From the human T2T-CHM13v2.0 reference genome, Homo sapiens: a stretch of 64,000 bases of DNA. The position numbers were made by a program, and so were the translations under genes. The notes under the pieces were generated by a model. The model made no database searches and was not told the DNA's origin. It worked only from the letters and a program-made list of their open reading frames with translations. The first letter of the stretch is position 1. Each line of letters starts with the position of its first letter. This document shows, one piece after another, positions 42,149 through 58,532 of the stretch. Location: assembly GCF_009914755.1 (NCBI RefSeq), contig NC_060944.1; one strand, given 5' to 3'.

Positions 42149-45100
42149 AAGAATGAACACATCACCATGATATGAGAACCATCTTAACCAGTGACTTCCC
42201 CTCATAAAGATAACCACTATGTTCATCCCTTTTACCACATATTAGCTGTCCATCTTTTGGACACTTATGGAATGACAGAGAATGTATTCATTTATGACTA
42301 GCTTTTCCCCCTTGTTTTTGTGAGATACATCATGTTGAATATGGCTACAGCTTGTTCATTCTCTTTGCTGTATAGGTTTATATTACATGACTAGACTATA
42401 ACTTATGCACATTAATGTTGGTAGATTTTTAAACAGTTTACATTTGGGGGATATGGCTAGTATGAACATTCATGGGCTCATCTTTTTACATACTTAGGTG
42501 TTCATGTCTGCTCATTTGTACTTAGAAGTAGAATTAATGGTTAAGCATATACTTAGTTTTTGTAGATCCTGCCATACGCTTCTGGTTTTCCAAAGTGGTT
42601 GTACCAAGATTCACTTGTAGTAGATAAGAATTCCAATACGAAATACAGCCTGTAATTTGACATTTTAATATTTCTTATTATAGAAACATTGGCAAATTCT
42701 CATATGAATTCTAAGATTTTATCTACATAATAAGCTAGCATTCTGAGAATGAATTCGCCTTAGTCATCATGTTTTTCTTTGCATAAACCTGGCTCTTGCA
42801 ATTTTTTTGCTAATAAATTGCTAACTAACTTTGGTTTCTGAATGTGCATAAGAAAATAAAGCTATAATTTCCTTTCTCATGCTGTCCTTATCTACTTTTG
42901 GCACAAAGTTTATGTTTACTAAGTATAATTAATCAGAGAAAGTTTCATTTCTTTTTTGTAAGATTTTATGTAAGATTAGAATTTCCTTTTCCTCAAATGT
43001 TTGGTAAAACTTGCCTATTAAATCATTTGTACCTGATGTTTTCATTTTGGGGAGATTGTTGACAGATTATAAAGTAATCCTTTAAAGATTACAGGACTGC
43101 TCAGATTTTTTTTTCACTAAGTTTTAATATTTTTCTACAATTCACTCATTTCAGGTTAATTCTTTAGGGTAATTAGCATAGAGATTATAATATTATCTTT
43201 TACATCACTGATGCATTTATAATCGTATTTTTTCACATATAATATGGCTTATTTGTACCTTCTCTCTTTTTTTCATTTTACCTTGGCAGAGGTTTATCAA
43301 TTATTTTAGCTTTTATTATGGAATTAACTTTGACTTTGCCAATCTTTCTATTGTACATATGCATTCCATTTAATTAATTTCTGTTTCTACCTTAATTATT
43401 TCTTCCTTTCTGTGTTCTTTGTTTATTCTAACTTTGAAGTGTGATGCATAGTCCATTAATTTTCAACTTTACATCTTTGCTAACATAAACATTTATGGCT
43501 TAAACTTCTCCCTAAATACTGCTTTAACTGCATTTCACACATTTTGACATATAATAGTTTCATTATCATTAAGTTCTACATATTTTCCAATTTTCACTGT
43601 GATTTCTCCTTTGACTCCAGAGTAATTTAGGAGAGATTTAAGTCCACACACAGATTTTAAAATAAAGTTACTTTTTATTGATTTTATGTTAATTATAAAC
43701 AAGGAATGTAGTCTGTGTGATAACAGATTGAGTTGAGGATTCATTCCTAACAAATGGTCAATTTTTATGAATTCTCATGTATGCTTGGAATGAATATGTG
43801 GTTTCTAGTCATTGAACACTTTGAAATTGTTCAAATCGTCATCCTGATAGTATATATTCTCCTGATTAAAATGTTACTTACTGAGAGAGAATATATTAAT
43901 ATTGCTTATAATTATAATGTATTTGTCACATTCTCCTTGATGTTCTAACATTTGCTTTGAATTTTTAAAGGCATGTTAATACTGTCATACTCAGTTTAGA
44001 GGTGGTTATATCTTCAGGATGAATTTGACTTTTGTCGGTATATTAATGGTTATATTTATCTCTGGTAATGCAAACTGTCATTTTAATAGTGTTTCCTAGT
44101 GTCCCTTTTCCTCTAATTTATCTGTAACCTTTCCATGATTTTATGTTTTAAGTTGTGACTCCTATAAACAGCATAAAACTGGATTTTTTTTTAAATCTAG
44201 GAGACAACTTTGGTCTCTTCTCAGATAATTTTGTATCTTTGTTTTAGATATATTTCTACCACCCTGTTTTGTGTTTTCTATTAGATTGCTGTCAAGATTT
44301 TACTGTCTGGATTTCTTTCATGGTCACAGTTAACAGAATTTAGGTATTCCTTTTTGTGTTAGTGATAGTATTTTATTTTTCTTGAAAGTTATCCATTTCA
44401 CATAAATTTTTAAATGCATTAGAATATGGTAATCAATAGTATTCTCCTATTTTAAATTGTGCCATATCTGTAGACTAACTATAATTCCCCTTAATTCTTT
44501 GTGTGTGCGCACGTGCGTGAGTATGTGTATTGTCTTTCTTCCTTTTGGCTTTGTTGATCTTCTGGGATTTTTTCTGTTCCATTAATTTTTGTTCTTATGT
44601 TAATAATTTCCATTATTTTACTGTCTTTGAATCTATAAAATAGTTTCTTTTTCTGGTTTATTAGCTTGAAAAACTAGCTTAATAATTTTCAGCCTTTTAA
44701 AAAATAAGGATTAAAGAAAATAAATCTTGCTTTCACTATACCCTGTGTTTTAATGTACAGTATTTTATTTATTTTCCCTGAAATTTTATTTTGAGGTAAC
44801 TGTAGATGTACATGCTGTTGTGAGAAATAATATATAAAGCTCTCATGTACCCTTTATCCAGTTTCCCCCATTTTAACATCTTCCAAAACTATGGTGCAAT
44901 GTCCTGATCGAGTTCTTCATGTTTATACAGTCAAGACACAGAACATCTCCAGCACCAGAAGGCTCCCTCATGCTGCCCTTCATAGCCACATTCACTTCTT
45001 TTTGTTCCGCAACTCCTTCTTAACATTGGCAGCCACTAATCTGTTCTCCAGTTTTTTTAAATTATTGTTTCAAGAATGTTATATAAATAGAATCATACAG

Positions 45101-46675
45101 CATGAAACCTTTTGGGATTAGAGTTTTCCACTTAGCCTAATTCTCTGAAGATTCACCCAGGTTTTTGTATGTATTCCTTTGTATTGCTGAGTAGTAATCA
45201 ATGGTGTGCAGGTACCAATTTGTTTAACTATTCACCCAAGGGACATCTGTCTTGTTTCTAGTTTTGAGGTTGTTACGTATGAAGGTGCAATGAACACTCA
45301 CATGCAAGCTTCTGCATAAACACTGCTTACACAAAATATATAGTAGCTTTATTTAGAGTAGGCAAGTAGATTTTAATTTATTATGATGTCTTTGTTGACC
45401 CAGGAGTGGTTGTTTGGAATTAAAAAATTACTAATCTACATTTAATAGGGCTATATTTTTGTTGTTGACTTATTTCTTCTGTCTTTCCAGATAGACAGAC
45501 AGATATAGATATTGATGTGTGTTTGTGTGTATTCATGTTTTGAATTAATTGAGTCCTTATTTGATCAATTTTATGCATCCATGTGTACTTGGGAAGAATA
45601 TGTATTCTGACGTCCAAACATAGAATTCTTTAATTTTTTAAAGATTTTATTAATTTTGTTAAATCTTTTAACTCCTCATTGTGGTTTATATGCTTGGTTT
45701 ACAAATTACTGAGATGTGTAAAATCTCCCACTATGATGTGTCATTTGAAAATTTTTCCTCCTAGTATAATCAAGTTTTATTTCATATGTTTTAACCTGCT
45801 TTATTTGGTACATACAAATTTAGAATTATTGTACCTGACTAGTGAATTTATCCTTTCATCACATAGCTTCATTTTTTCATAATAATTTTTTTTGCCTTAA
45901 GCTCTGTTTTGTCTGATATTATTATAACTACACCAACTCTCTTTTTGTTAGTTTTGCCCAGAGTATCTTATTCTATTCAAAAATATTGTATGAAACTTCT
46001 CAACTTTTTTACTTCCTGTCTTTTTGAATACTTATATTGGCGATGTGTCTCTTAAGGAACATGCAGCTTAAAAAATGAAATAAAACTTTCTATTGTAAAA
46101 TATAGTATAACTATAGAAAACAGAATAGGACAAATATAGAGCTTAATGAATATTTATGAAGCAAATAGTCTCGACATCAGCACTCAAGTCAACAAATACA
46201 ATTTGCTGGCCATCATGGAATCCCCGTCCCAGTAACATACCCTTTTCGGCCCCTCAAAGTAACCAGTATCATGACTTTTATAATAACCCCTTTCTTCTTT
46301 TATTTATAGTTTTGTCTTCCAAATACACATCCCCAGGCACCACGGCTTAGATTTTTCTGTTTTGGTTGTATATTTTTAAAGACAATGCCTTCAGTCTCTT
46401 CTAGTCTATCAGTCCTGTCTCCAGCCTACTACTCTCCAATTTTCCCAGTGCAATTTATTTGTTAAAATACAGGGTCATTGCATCTACATGCTTACTCTAA
46501 CTTCATCTTGTATTTTCTCTGCCCCAGCTCTGAGATGAACTATTTATCTAAGGATGCCTAGTTCCTTTTATGGGAGATGGTATTTAGAAACCAAGATCTG
46601 CATGCTAGTTGTGTTCATTGTTACTAGGATATCATTCTTTCCAGGGCTTGTCAGCAGACAGAGCTTGGAAAGACA

Positions 46676-46713
46676 TATATATATATATATATATGTATGT
46701 ATGGGTGTGTGTG

Positions 46714-46760
<47 letters not shown>

Positions 46761-47022
46761 TAACTCATGCCTAAACACAAACCCATATCTATTTATCTAT
46801 CTACCTATCATCTATCTATCCGTCCACCCACCAACCTACATACATATGTGACTATCTGTCTGTCTGTCTATCTATCTATCATCTACCTATCTAATCCATC
46901 CATCCATCCATCCACCCACCCACCTACCTATATACATACATACATATCTCTCTCTATGTGTATCTACCTATCTAACCTACCTAGTGACCTACCTACCTAC
47001 CTACCTACTCACCTGTCTATCC
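46676..47022. repeat. Compound STR: (TA)n, (TAGA)~11, then opposite-strand (TCTA/TCCA/CCTA)n
   Basis: Direct reading. Confidence 0.93.
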
Positions 47023-47449
47023 ATTCTGATATTTCTGATTCCAGTTCAACAAATTTCATTCATGCTTTACCAAGATTTTGGCCATTTCATATGAGTTCAA
47101 GATAAAATACCCCTTAAGCTCATATAAAAACTTACGATTTAAATTTAGGACTACAAGTTCTCCTATCTTACAAATGTATTGCCTTTCTTCTTCACCAAGA
47201 ATCCTGGTTCTCACGGAGATAAGGGTAAAATAGAAATTAGAATGTCATGCTTTCTATGTTGTACACCTAACAGTCTCAGAATGACAGAAGTAATTTCAAT
47301 ACTACGTCCATTTATTTGATTATTAAAACAATAAATTGATTTATAGATCCTTTTCCAATATTCCTGCATCTTTAATAGGTGTGCTGAATTTATGTTGTCA
47401 GAGCATATAGCCATTCAATACTGTACTTTTTTCCATAGAATATTTATTT

Positions 47450-49465
47450 AATGTTCACCAGTAGCCTTTATGCTGATATCTCTCTAATCATGTTGGTTGA
47501 CTGAAACTCATTGAGTAGATTATTCAGGAAGAACCCATTAGAACAATATTATCTGATTTCCTGCATGTTGATAGCAATTTGCAGTTTTTAATGCTTGAAA
47601 GTCAGTCTTGCTGTATATAAAGTGCTTGGTTTACATTTTTTTACTTGAGTATAATAAATATATCACTTTATTTTATTCTGGCACAAAGCATTGCTGCCAA
47701 AAGACTGATAACATTCTGGTTTTCTTTCCTTTTTGTATGACTTAGTCGTTTTTCCTGGAAGCATGAAAGAATTATTTTCTTTTGAGGTCCAAAAATTTTA
47801 CTAAAACATGGCTCAGTGTTGGCAATCCAGGTTGGTGTTCTCAAGTAGGTATGACTGCCCTTTCAATAAGTAATTATTGAAGTTATTTCAGAAAAAGAAA
47901 TAGTACAACAAGAACTTTTTCTTAAATTTTACTTTTTGATATTTGTGCCTTTGCTTTGGGTTTCTTCTTTGGGAATTCCAGTATAATGATTTTCTTAGCC
48001 TGTCTTGTAACTTTTTCCTTTTCTCTTGGATCTAGTTGCCTCTTGCTTTTGTAAAAGTTTCCTTCTTTAACTTAGTTTTCTCCAGGCACTAGTGGTTGTG
48101 TGAATTTATTCGTGTGTGACTTCTACCTTAGTCTCCATTTCTTAGATATATTTTCTTAAATTTATAATTTATTTCCTGAGTCCTATGACTACATTCTGAG
48201 TTTTCTAATTCTGATTTTTGTTGTTGTGTCTCATATCATTTTCTTAATGTCTTTAACGCTTTCTGAAATAGTTCTCATCTGACTCGTAGGCACATTTATT
48301 TGGCAAACTTTGATTTTCTGGAGGGGTGTTATTCTCCTTTTTCTTTGAGATGGAGTCTCACTCACTCTATTGCTCAGGCTGGAGAGCAGTGGTGCGAGTT
48401 CAGCTTACTGCAACCTCCGCCTCCCAGGTTCAAGCAATTCTCCTGCCTCAGCCTCCTGAGTAGCTGGGACTATAGGTGTGTGCCACCACACCCAGCTAAG
48501 TTTTTCTACTTTTTGTAGAGATGGGGTTTCACCATGTTGGTCAGTCTGGTCTCAAACCCTGACCTCAAATTATCTGCCCACCTTGGCCTCCCGAAGTGCT
48601 GGTATTACAGGTATGAGCCACCATGCCCGGCTTTCTTTTTCTTGACACTAACTTTGCATGTGTTTTTATTTCGATTATCTTCTGTCTTCCCATTTATATG
48701 AAATTGGTTTCCCTGAGCATTTAGAAGAGAATATAGTCCAAAATTTCATTTCTAAACTCACAGAGCTCTCTTTTCTCCTGTATATGGTATGCACGAATAT
48801 GGTGGCTCATTTTCTGATACTCGCAGATCTTCAATTTCTTGTCACTGTTGTCTCTGTGCTACTCAATTTAGATCCTTAATTTCATTGTTTATTCCTGGAA
48901 GGGAATTTTGACTGGTTCCTTCTGAGAGTCCACAGGGCCTAGACTACTCCAGACACATAAGGTCTTACTGTTGACCCCTTGTTTTTATCCTCTACTGAAA
49001 ATTGCAAGATCCTTCACAGTTTTAGCTACAATTCTCAAATTTGATGTTTGAGCTTTCCAGGAAGTACCTGTTAGTTATGTGTGACTCTGAAGCCCATACG
49101 ATGCCTTATTACTTTCCTCTCCTTCTCCCTGAGTAGTCCTGACACCATGCAGATCTTGTAGCTGTCAGTCTCATAATAATTTGATCGTCTTTCCTTGACA
49201 AGTGATTTAGTTTTGCCTTGAATGAACACAGAATTCATTTTTCTTTTAAAGTCCAGAAATTTTATTTGAATGTCTCATTGTTGGACAACCTGATTGTCAA
49301 TAGTTTGACCCTCTCTACTCATTATTTGTAATTTATAGGGATAACTTGCCTCCTAGGTGTTTTGTAAATATTGTTCATGGGGTTTTGTTTTGCTGTTTCA
49401 GTTTGTTTGTGTGAGGGAATTTGGAAAATTTAAAAACTAAGTCACCAGTGTCATTTTCCAGCCAA
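47450..49465 (-). mobile_element. HAL1/L1M ORF1-region fossil
   Basis: 'aagcattgctgccaaaagactgataac', 'gccctttcaat', followed by a 5'UTR-like GC-richer end; family from memory. Confidence 0.5.
48338..48632 (-). mobile_element. AluS
   Basis: Full antisense Alu. Confidence 0.93.
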
Positions 49466-49710
49466 TTGCATTTTCTTTTCTTTCAACAACTTAATCTGAC
49501 AATGTCTCCTTTGATTGGTAAGTTTAGTACAATGACGTAGACATATATTGTAGTTATTGATAAGTTTGATATTAGTTTTTCAACTTATTCTATATTTTTA
49601 CTTCATGTTTAAATTTCTAAACATTTTTTACCCTCTCTTTAATTCCATTTTTTCCCTCTCCTGTTTCAGAAATTAATATATATATATCTGCATCTTTTAG
49701 TTAAAATTGT

Positions 49711-49879
49711 AGCCAGGCACAGTGACATGTGCCTACAGTTCTAGCTATTCAGGAGGTTGAGGCAGGAGGATCACTTGAGCTCAGGAGTTGAAGGCTGTAG
49801 TGTGCTATGTTCACACCTGTGAATAGTCACTGCATTCTAACCTGGGCAAAATAGGGAGACCCTATCTCTAAAAAAAAAA
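49711..49879 (+). mobile_element. FAM (fossil Alu monomer)
   Basis: Monomer retaining the 7SL-like 'cctgtgaatagtcactgcattctaacctgggc' segment that dimeric Alus lack; A-tail. Confidence 0.85.
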
Positions 49880-50878
49880 TTGCACACATCTCAGTTGAAG
49901 TCTAAGTAGTATCAATACATCACTTCCACAGCAATCCAAAGATCTTGGAATACATTAAATAGAAACTCCCTCTCAGTTTACATGTTATGGTTGACCAATA
50001 GTTTAGTTGTATCATGTTTTCTACACACACATATACCAACTTGAACTTTACTATTTTTTATATAGTCAGTGTTTATTTAGATTTCCCATTCTGCTTACCA
50101 ATTTCCTTGCTCACCACTGATTTTTGCATAGTAGGCTTTTCTTCCTTTCTGGGGAAAGAGATTGATTTTCCCTTTCCTCAGCTAAAATGCTTTGACTTTC
50201 CTATGAGATTTTATTGGCAATTTACTCTTAGGTTTTGTTTATTACAATACCTTTCTCTTACCCATACTATCAACCATGTATGCAATTTAAGGTTTGTTTC
50301 TTTCCTTCTCTCTTCATTTTGCGGATTTTTCGCTGTTTTCTGGCTTTCATTGCTGCTGTTGAGAAACCTGCTTTGAGTTAGTCATTCCATGGCAAGTGAT
50401 CTGTATACATTTTCAGCCTCTTTGAAGACCTTTCTGTTGCTATGAAATTTCCTGTAATAAATCTAAGTGTCTTTTGATTCTTTCTTATTTATCCTGCTTA
50501 GGATAAACTGGCTTTTTGAAACTGAGAATTGGTGTCTGTCATCAGTTCTAGAAAGTACTTGGTCATCTCACTTTGAATATTGTCCCTTCCTTCAGTTTCT
50601 ACTTACAGAATACATATGTGAGACTCTCATCCCACTAACATGTTTCTTTATTCCCTTCATGTTTTCCTTTTTTTTCTCTCTCTCTCTTCTTGGCTACAAT
50701 GAGGGTATTAAGTTCTAGCCTCCAACCAATTCATTAATTCTCTTCTCCTGTATGTCTCATTTCCTTCATAATATGTCTGCTGAGTTTGTCATTTCCTATC
50801 TAAATTATATTTGATTCTTTTAAAAATATGCCTCCTCAACATTTGGTGTTCTCAATCCATTATCCCATTATTCATGCA

Positions 50879-51157
50879 TTTTGAGACAGGGTTTTGCTCT
50901 GTTCCCTGGAGTGCAGTGGTAAGATTACTGATCACCGCAGCCTGTACCTCCCGGGCCCAAGCTATTCTTCCACCTCAGCCTCCCGCTGGGACTATATGAG
51001 CACACCACCACAGCTGGCTAATTTTTTAATTTTTATTTTTGTAGAGAGGAGGTCTCCCTATGTTGCCCAGGCTGGTCTCCAGCCTGAATTCAAGTGATCT
51101 TCCTGCCTCAGCCTCCCGAAGTGCTAGGATTACAGGTGTAAGTCATTGTTCCCGGCT
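50879..51157 (-). mobile_element. AluJ
   Basis: 'gtagagaggaggtctccctatgttgcccaggctgg', diverged dimer. Confidence 0.9.
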
Positions 51158-51639
51158 CATCTTTTATTTCTGTAAATGTTTTAAATATTTTTTCCATATT
51201 TGGTCATTCACTGAGGGTATATGATTTCAAGTACATAAGCTTTATTCAGGGTGGAGCCTTTGTTCTAACTCCCCTTAATAAAACTGAAACTCAAGGTTCT
51301 TTTTATTGAGAAATTTTCCTAGGGCAGGCAGTGCTGTATATTCACTTACAACTCTATTCTCAGCTCTCTTTTCACTTTTGTCCCCTGGATATTTCCCTTA
51401 ATTTCACAAGCATAGTCATTCACTTAAAAACACACACTCGTCCTCTCCCAACATATACGTAATTGTTACAGAAGGATTTTTTTAGGATACACGGTTTTCA
51501 ATATTGGCCATAGTGAAAGTAAGTTGGGTAATTTCCACATTTCCATTTCCCTAATTATCTCTTCAAATTTCTCTGATTACCTCTTCGAGTCTCTATAATA
51601 TGAAGAGTTGTGATTTTTATGAATGTAGAAGCTACAGCA

Positions 51640-53520
<1,881 letters not shown>

Positions 53521-53839
53521 CCTCACCTTTCTTAACAACCTTTGATATGGAAAAATGTTGGAGGCTTTTCACAAGCCTAAGTAGATTGTAGGCTGTCCCT
53601 GAAAATGTCATTTGTAATTAGGTTGTCTGGAATTTGGAATGAATTTTCTTATAGGAACCAAGTTGTAAGTGGTATTTGGCAACCAAGACCAGCTTTCCAA
53701 TAGGCAGTTTAGCTGGATGCATTGTGTTAATAGCATTATTCTGGCTCCATAGAACTACCATTTATTAAGTTATTTCTAAGGAAAAAATAAATTCCAAGTT
53801 CTAGTTAGTAGAATATAGAATCTTTTAAAATGCAAAACT

Positions 53840-54345
53840 ATGCCACTCTCTTGTTTAAAATCCTTCAACAGTTTTCCACTGTTCATAGGCCAAGGATGAA
53901 ATCCTCAGCATGGCCTCATAGGCCCATGATCTGGCTCCTGTCGGCCCTTCTAAATTTGAACCATTTTCCAAACTGGCCTTCTTATTGTTCCTGGAACATG
54001 TTATGCTTCTTCCAGCTCTCGGGTGTTTGCATATTTAGTTCCTTCTGCCTAGAAGATCTTTCTCTCACATTTTGCCTTTTCATGCTTACCCACCCTTCAG
54101 AACTCAGCTCAAATTTCATTTATTTGGGTAGCTTTCACAGGCCGAACAGCCCTGCCATATACCATCTAATAGCACCAGATTTCCCTGTCTTTATGTCCAC
54201 TTTATGTCTTTATGTCCCAATACTGCTCACAGTGTCTGGCGTATACTAGATGTTCAATAAGTATGTGTGGTTAGATGAATGGATAAATGAATATCCATTC
54301 ATTATCCATTCATCTAATAAATGGATAATGAATGGATAAATGAAT
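53840..54345 (+). mobile_element. L2 3' end with rearranged tail
   Basis: 'gttccttctgcctagaa', 'cacagtgtctggcgtatactagatgttcaataa', (gaat/ggat) tail. Confidence 0.7.
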
Positions 54346-55325
54346 AGTTCAATATTTCATGTTAAAGACAAAGCTCTTAATTTCAAACCTACTTTTCTGA
54401 AGTTAAGGAAATGTTTGTCCCCCTTCCACTCCTGATGCCCTGCCTGGAATATCTTGGGTCTGGGTCTCTGATGAATCATGTGTATGTTACATACAATTCC
54501 AAGTGTCAGCCTCAGGATAACCAATGCTATAAGTAGTCCTTACGACAATTAAGGGCAAACTCTGAAAAAAGTTACTAAAAACGGTTCATTATCTGAATCC
54601 TCACAGTGTTACAGCTTAAATCCCTGAAATATAAATACTAAGACATAAAATCAATTGCATTTTATGCTTGCTTAATCTTAGATATCTCTATCTCAAAACA
54701 TTCCAGGACTGTGGCCATATATCCTGGATTTTTCCGGGATAGTTTCATTTTTAAAATAGATTAAGCCTTTGCTGCTAGAAAGTGCATCTCACCTGTCAGA
54801 CTTTGTGTCCTGACTTTTTGTTCATACAACTCGCTCTCTATGACCGTGTCAACTATCAGTTTGTCACAAGTATCTTTTTGAACCATTGTATGCTTCCTGC
54901 GAGAACTAGCTCTTGTGAAAAGTTGGAGAATTTTAAAACCTCAATATGAAACAGAAACGACCTTTTAAATTTTAAATTAACGTGCTCAAGTTTCACTACA
55001 TAACCCTGATTCAGCTTCCTCACCTATAAGATGTCACGCATGGTGCATAGGACTTCGAAGATCCTCAAAAATGGTGTAGGGAATATAATTTCTGAGTTCA
55101 AAAAGATGTTAGTTTAAAAATCCGCTTGGTAAAGGTAATAAAAGGTATCTGAGGTTTAAAAGTCCCAGTGAATAGTACGGGGAAGGGCACCGTGAGACCA
55201 CGACTGTCTAATGAGCCGGGTTTGACACATGTGAAACAAGGATGACCTTGTTGGATCATCAGATATGGATGGAAGAATGGGAGAAGGAGGAGCCAACTGC
55301 TGATAACAGGTATCATCAAGTCTGA

Positions 55326-55670
<345 letters not shown>

Positions 55671-56901
55671 TAAAATATCAAAAGACCTAACTCTTATTCC
55701 TGTGCAACTTGTTAGAGGAAAAAAAAAAAAAAAAAAGAAAAAAAAGACTTGATGGTTTTGTCCTTTGGGCATACAACTGCCTTTTTATTGAAACATTACT
55801 ACCTGAGCCAATGGAAATTGATTTATTTAACTCATCGCCTTCTCCCACCATCTCCCTGCTTTCTTGTCTCGCCGTTTCTTTACCTGAAAGAGCACAGCAA
55901 GCCTTTTTGTTACATTGGGTTGTGTTGATCCTGGATGAGTTTATAAGACTGTGGACTTGCTCCTTGCTTCTAGCTATTAGTTGATTTCATCTATCTTGAG
56001 AAAAGAGAAGGCTTGTACATAGGCCGATGAGGTAGTTTCCACAGATTCACTGAGAAATTAGAAGTGGTTCACTGTAGCAAGCCCTGAGGCATATCTCTGA
56101 AAGGAGCCCAGCCTTTAAAGATCACCTTCTTTCACAGAAAGTGGGTCCAACCAAGCACTCCTACCAACCCTCTCTAAGTCACCCAGCGATTCATTGCTCA
56201 GTCACTGCATGCCCGCTGCATGCCAGGCACCATGCAATGTGGCTCCTATCCATAAGGAGTGTGGATCCTGGTGGCAGAGACAGACACAGATAATCACAAC
56301 ATAATGTGTTAAGTGTTGGGGGAGGTATAAACTGCTGCGTGAGCATTGAATCTAAAACAGTTAGCTTAGCCTGAAGACACCGTGGAAGGCTTTGAAGAGG
56401 AAGTGGCTTTTGGGATCAGGCTTATGGGAAGAAGAGTTAATCAGATCCATGTGGGAAAAGGAAATTCAACCTCTGAGTACCACGTTTTCTTGTTCTCTTC
56501 TTTATGTTTTTGAACTTGCATGTGCTTCTCCTGTGGACCAAGGCTTCTTTCTGATCCGGTGGTTTGTCCCACCATCATCACCCCAGGCTGTCACTTGAGG
56601 AAAAAGGTAAAGGGAATAGAGCGGGGAGATTCAGGCATCCAGCTTTGCAGTACTTGTGCATCCAGGAGCCCTACTTCTGACTTGGTGGGGTGGGATAGTG
56701 GCCAAGTATTTGCTTTTTCAACTAGAACCTGGGATAAATTGGATGTCAGTGGTTTCCGGAGAAACATGGCCCAGCACCTTCCCTGTGACACAGTGCCCAG
56801 CACAGTGTTCCACACCTTGAACCCAATACAAAACACAGGAAATGCTTAACAGAGAAGCAAACGACATCATCCTTAGAACTAAAATTTCCAAATGTAACTC
56901 C

Positions 56902-56920
56902 TACTGCCACCTGTTGGTGG
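56902..56920 (-). promoter_or_regulatory. CTCF-like motif (reverse)
   Basis: Reverse complement ccaccaacaggtggcagta closely matches CCASYAGRKGGCRSYA. Confidence 0.55.
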
Positions 56921-58282
56921 TATGGAGATGTGACCCACCTGCGGTTTGGAAGCTATCTTTCTTTGTAATCCTGTCAAGTTGGCAACTTAAAACCTGAAAT
57001 TTCCGGAGTTAATATATACTGAAGTGCCAATGGTGGTTTTCTTCAGGGGTACTCTTTTTTATTATGGGCTGTGAAGTTCTGAAATGTTTTGCAATGAGTT
57101 ACTATTTTGCAATGAGTCTATCTCCTTTTCTATTCAGAAGAACAGAGTAAAGATAAGAGAAAATTAAAAATTTACCTATGGGGTAGACAAAGAGCAATCT
57201 ACTTAGTTAAAAGGGGTTATGAACAGGCAAAAGGGCATCACCAGAAATTGAGAAAGAAAGGAGGTTTCTATAAATTGATTACCTTCTTATTAATTATCAT
57301 TTTTACTTGGGGATGGCAGATATGCCCGACTCACTGGTGCTGGTTAGGCGAGGCCTTAATCAAATCGTCAACAGCCATTCTCAGGCACTCATTTAGCAAA
57401 TTCATACTGAATGCCTCCTGGCTGCCAGGCGCCCTTGGCTGCAGCCTCCAACAGTTTCATTTTGGGGTATAGCCAACCTTGAGAACAAGTGGCTGTCAGT
57501 GGAATTCAGACTATGGATAAATGCTGAAGAATAACGCCACGTGCAAGCAACCAAGTACAGGAGCAAGGACTCCCAGTGCTCCGGGAAGTACCTGTCCCTC
57601 TAAAGAGACAGTCACTACTTTGGATAGATGTTGGCTGTCCTCCACAGGCTTACAGATGCAGCTTCACAGCACATGAGAGATAGAGGAAACCGCAGACCTC
57701 AGCAGGGAGGCCAGCCCTCTCATTTTACTGCAAGGGAAACATATACAGAAAAGGGAAGGGACTCAGCCAAGCATGTTTTATTTGAGAAGCCGTGCTATTG
57801 TCTGTCTGCTGGAGCTGGGAAGATGAGCGTGCCCTCATGGGAGCCTGGTGGGATAGACAGATGCTTAAACTAACAATGTCACTGTAGTGTAGTCAGTGGC
57901 CGTAACTTGGGCTGGGGATAGGCAAGGCTATGGGGACGAGAGGAGGCAGTGCTGTGGGACCCTTTGTCTCTCTCGTGCTTGGGGATGAAGAACAACAGAG
58001 CTTTCTGGATACAGACCCTTGGAAGAAGTGTGTGGCTTAGGGCACAAGGTCAGCTGCCATGGGTCCATGGGTTCAAGTCCCAAGTTCATTAGGTTCTTTG
58101 AGCCTCAGCTTCCATCTCTGAAGTCCCCACCCCATAGGGCTGTTTGTGAGGCTGATATAAGGAATGCACAAGTGCTTAGCACAAAGTGGGATGTCAGTGC
58201 ATGGCATGATTCTAGAAGTCCTCCAGCAATCCATTCACATCCTTCTATAAAAGGGCTATATCCAGCTATGGCCAGTTCCATC

Positions 58283-58532
58283 TTTTTTTGAGACAGGGTC
58301 TCAAATCCATTACCCAGGCTGGAGTGCAGTGGCATGATCATAGTTCACTGCAGTCTTGACCTCCTGGGCTCAAGCAATCCTCCTGCCTAAGCCTCCCAAG
58401 TAGCTGGGGCCACAGGTGTGCACCACCATGACTTGTTAACTTTTAAAGAAAATGTTTTGGTAAAGATAGTGTCTTGCTGTGTTGCCCAGGTTAGTCTCAA
58501 ATTCCTGGTCTTGTGTAGTACTTCCACCTTGG
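58283..58532 (-). mobile_element. AluJ, 5'-truncated
   Basis: 'catagttcactgcagtcttgacctcctgggctcaag'; TSD cagttcca(t/c)ct. Confidence 0.9.

Noticed and set aside
49711-49879. 7SL RNA gene or pseudogene
   Set aside because: Lacks the S domain; it is a fossil Alu monomer.
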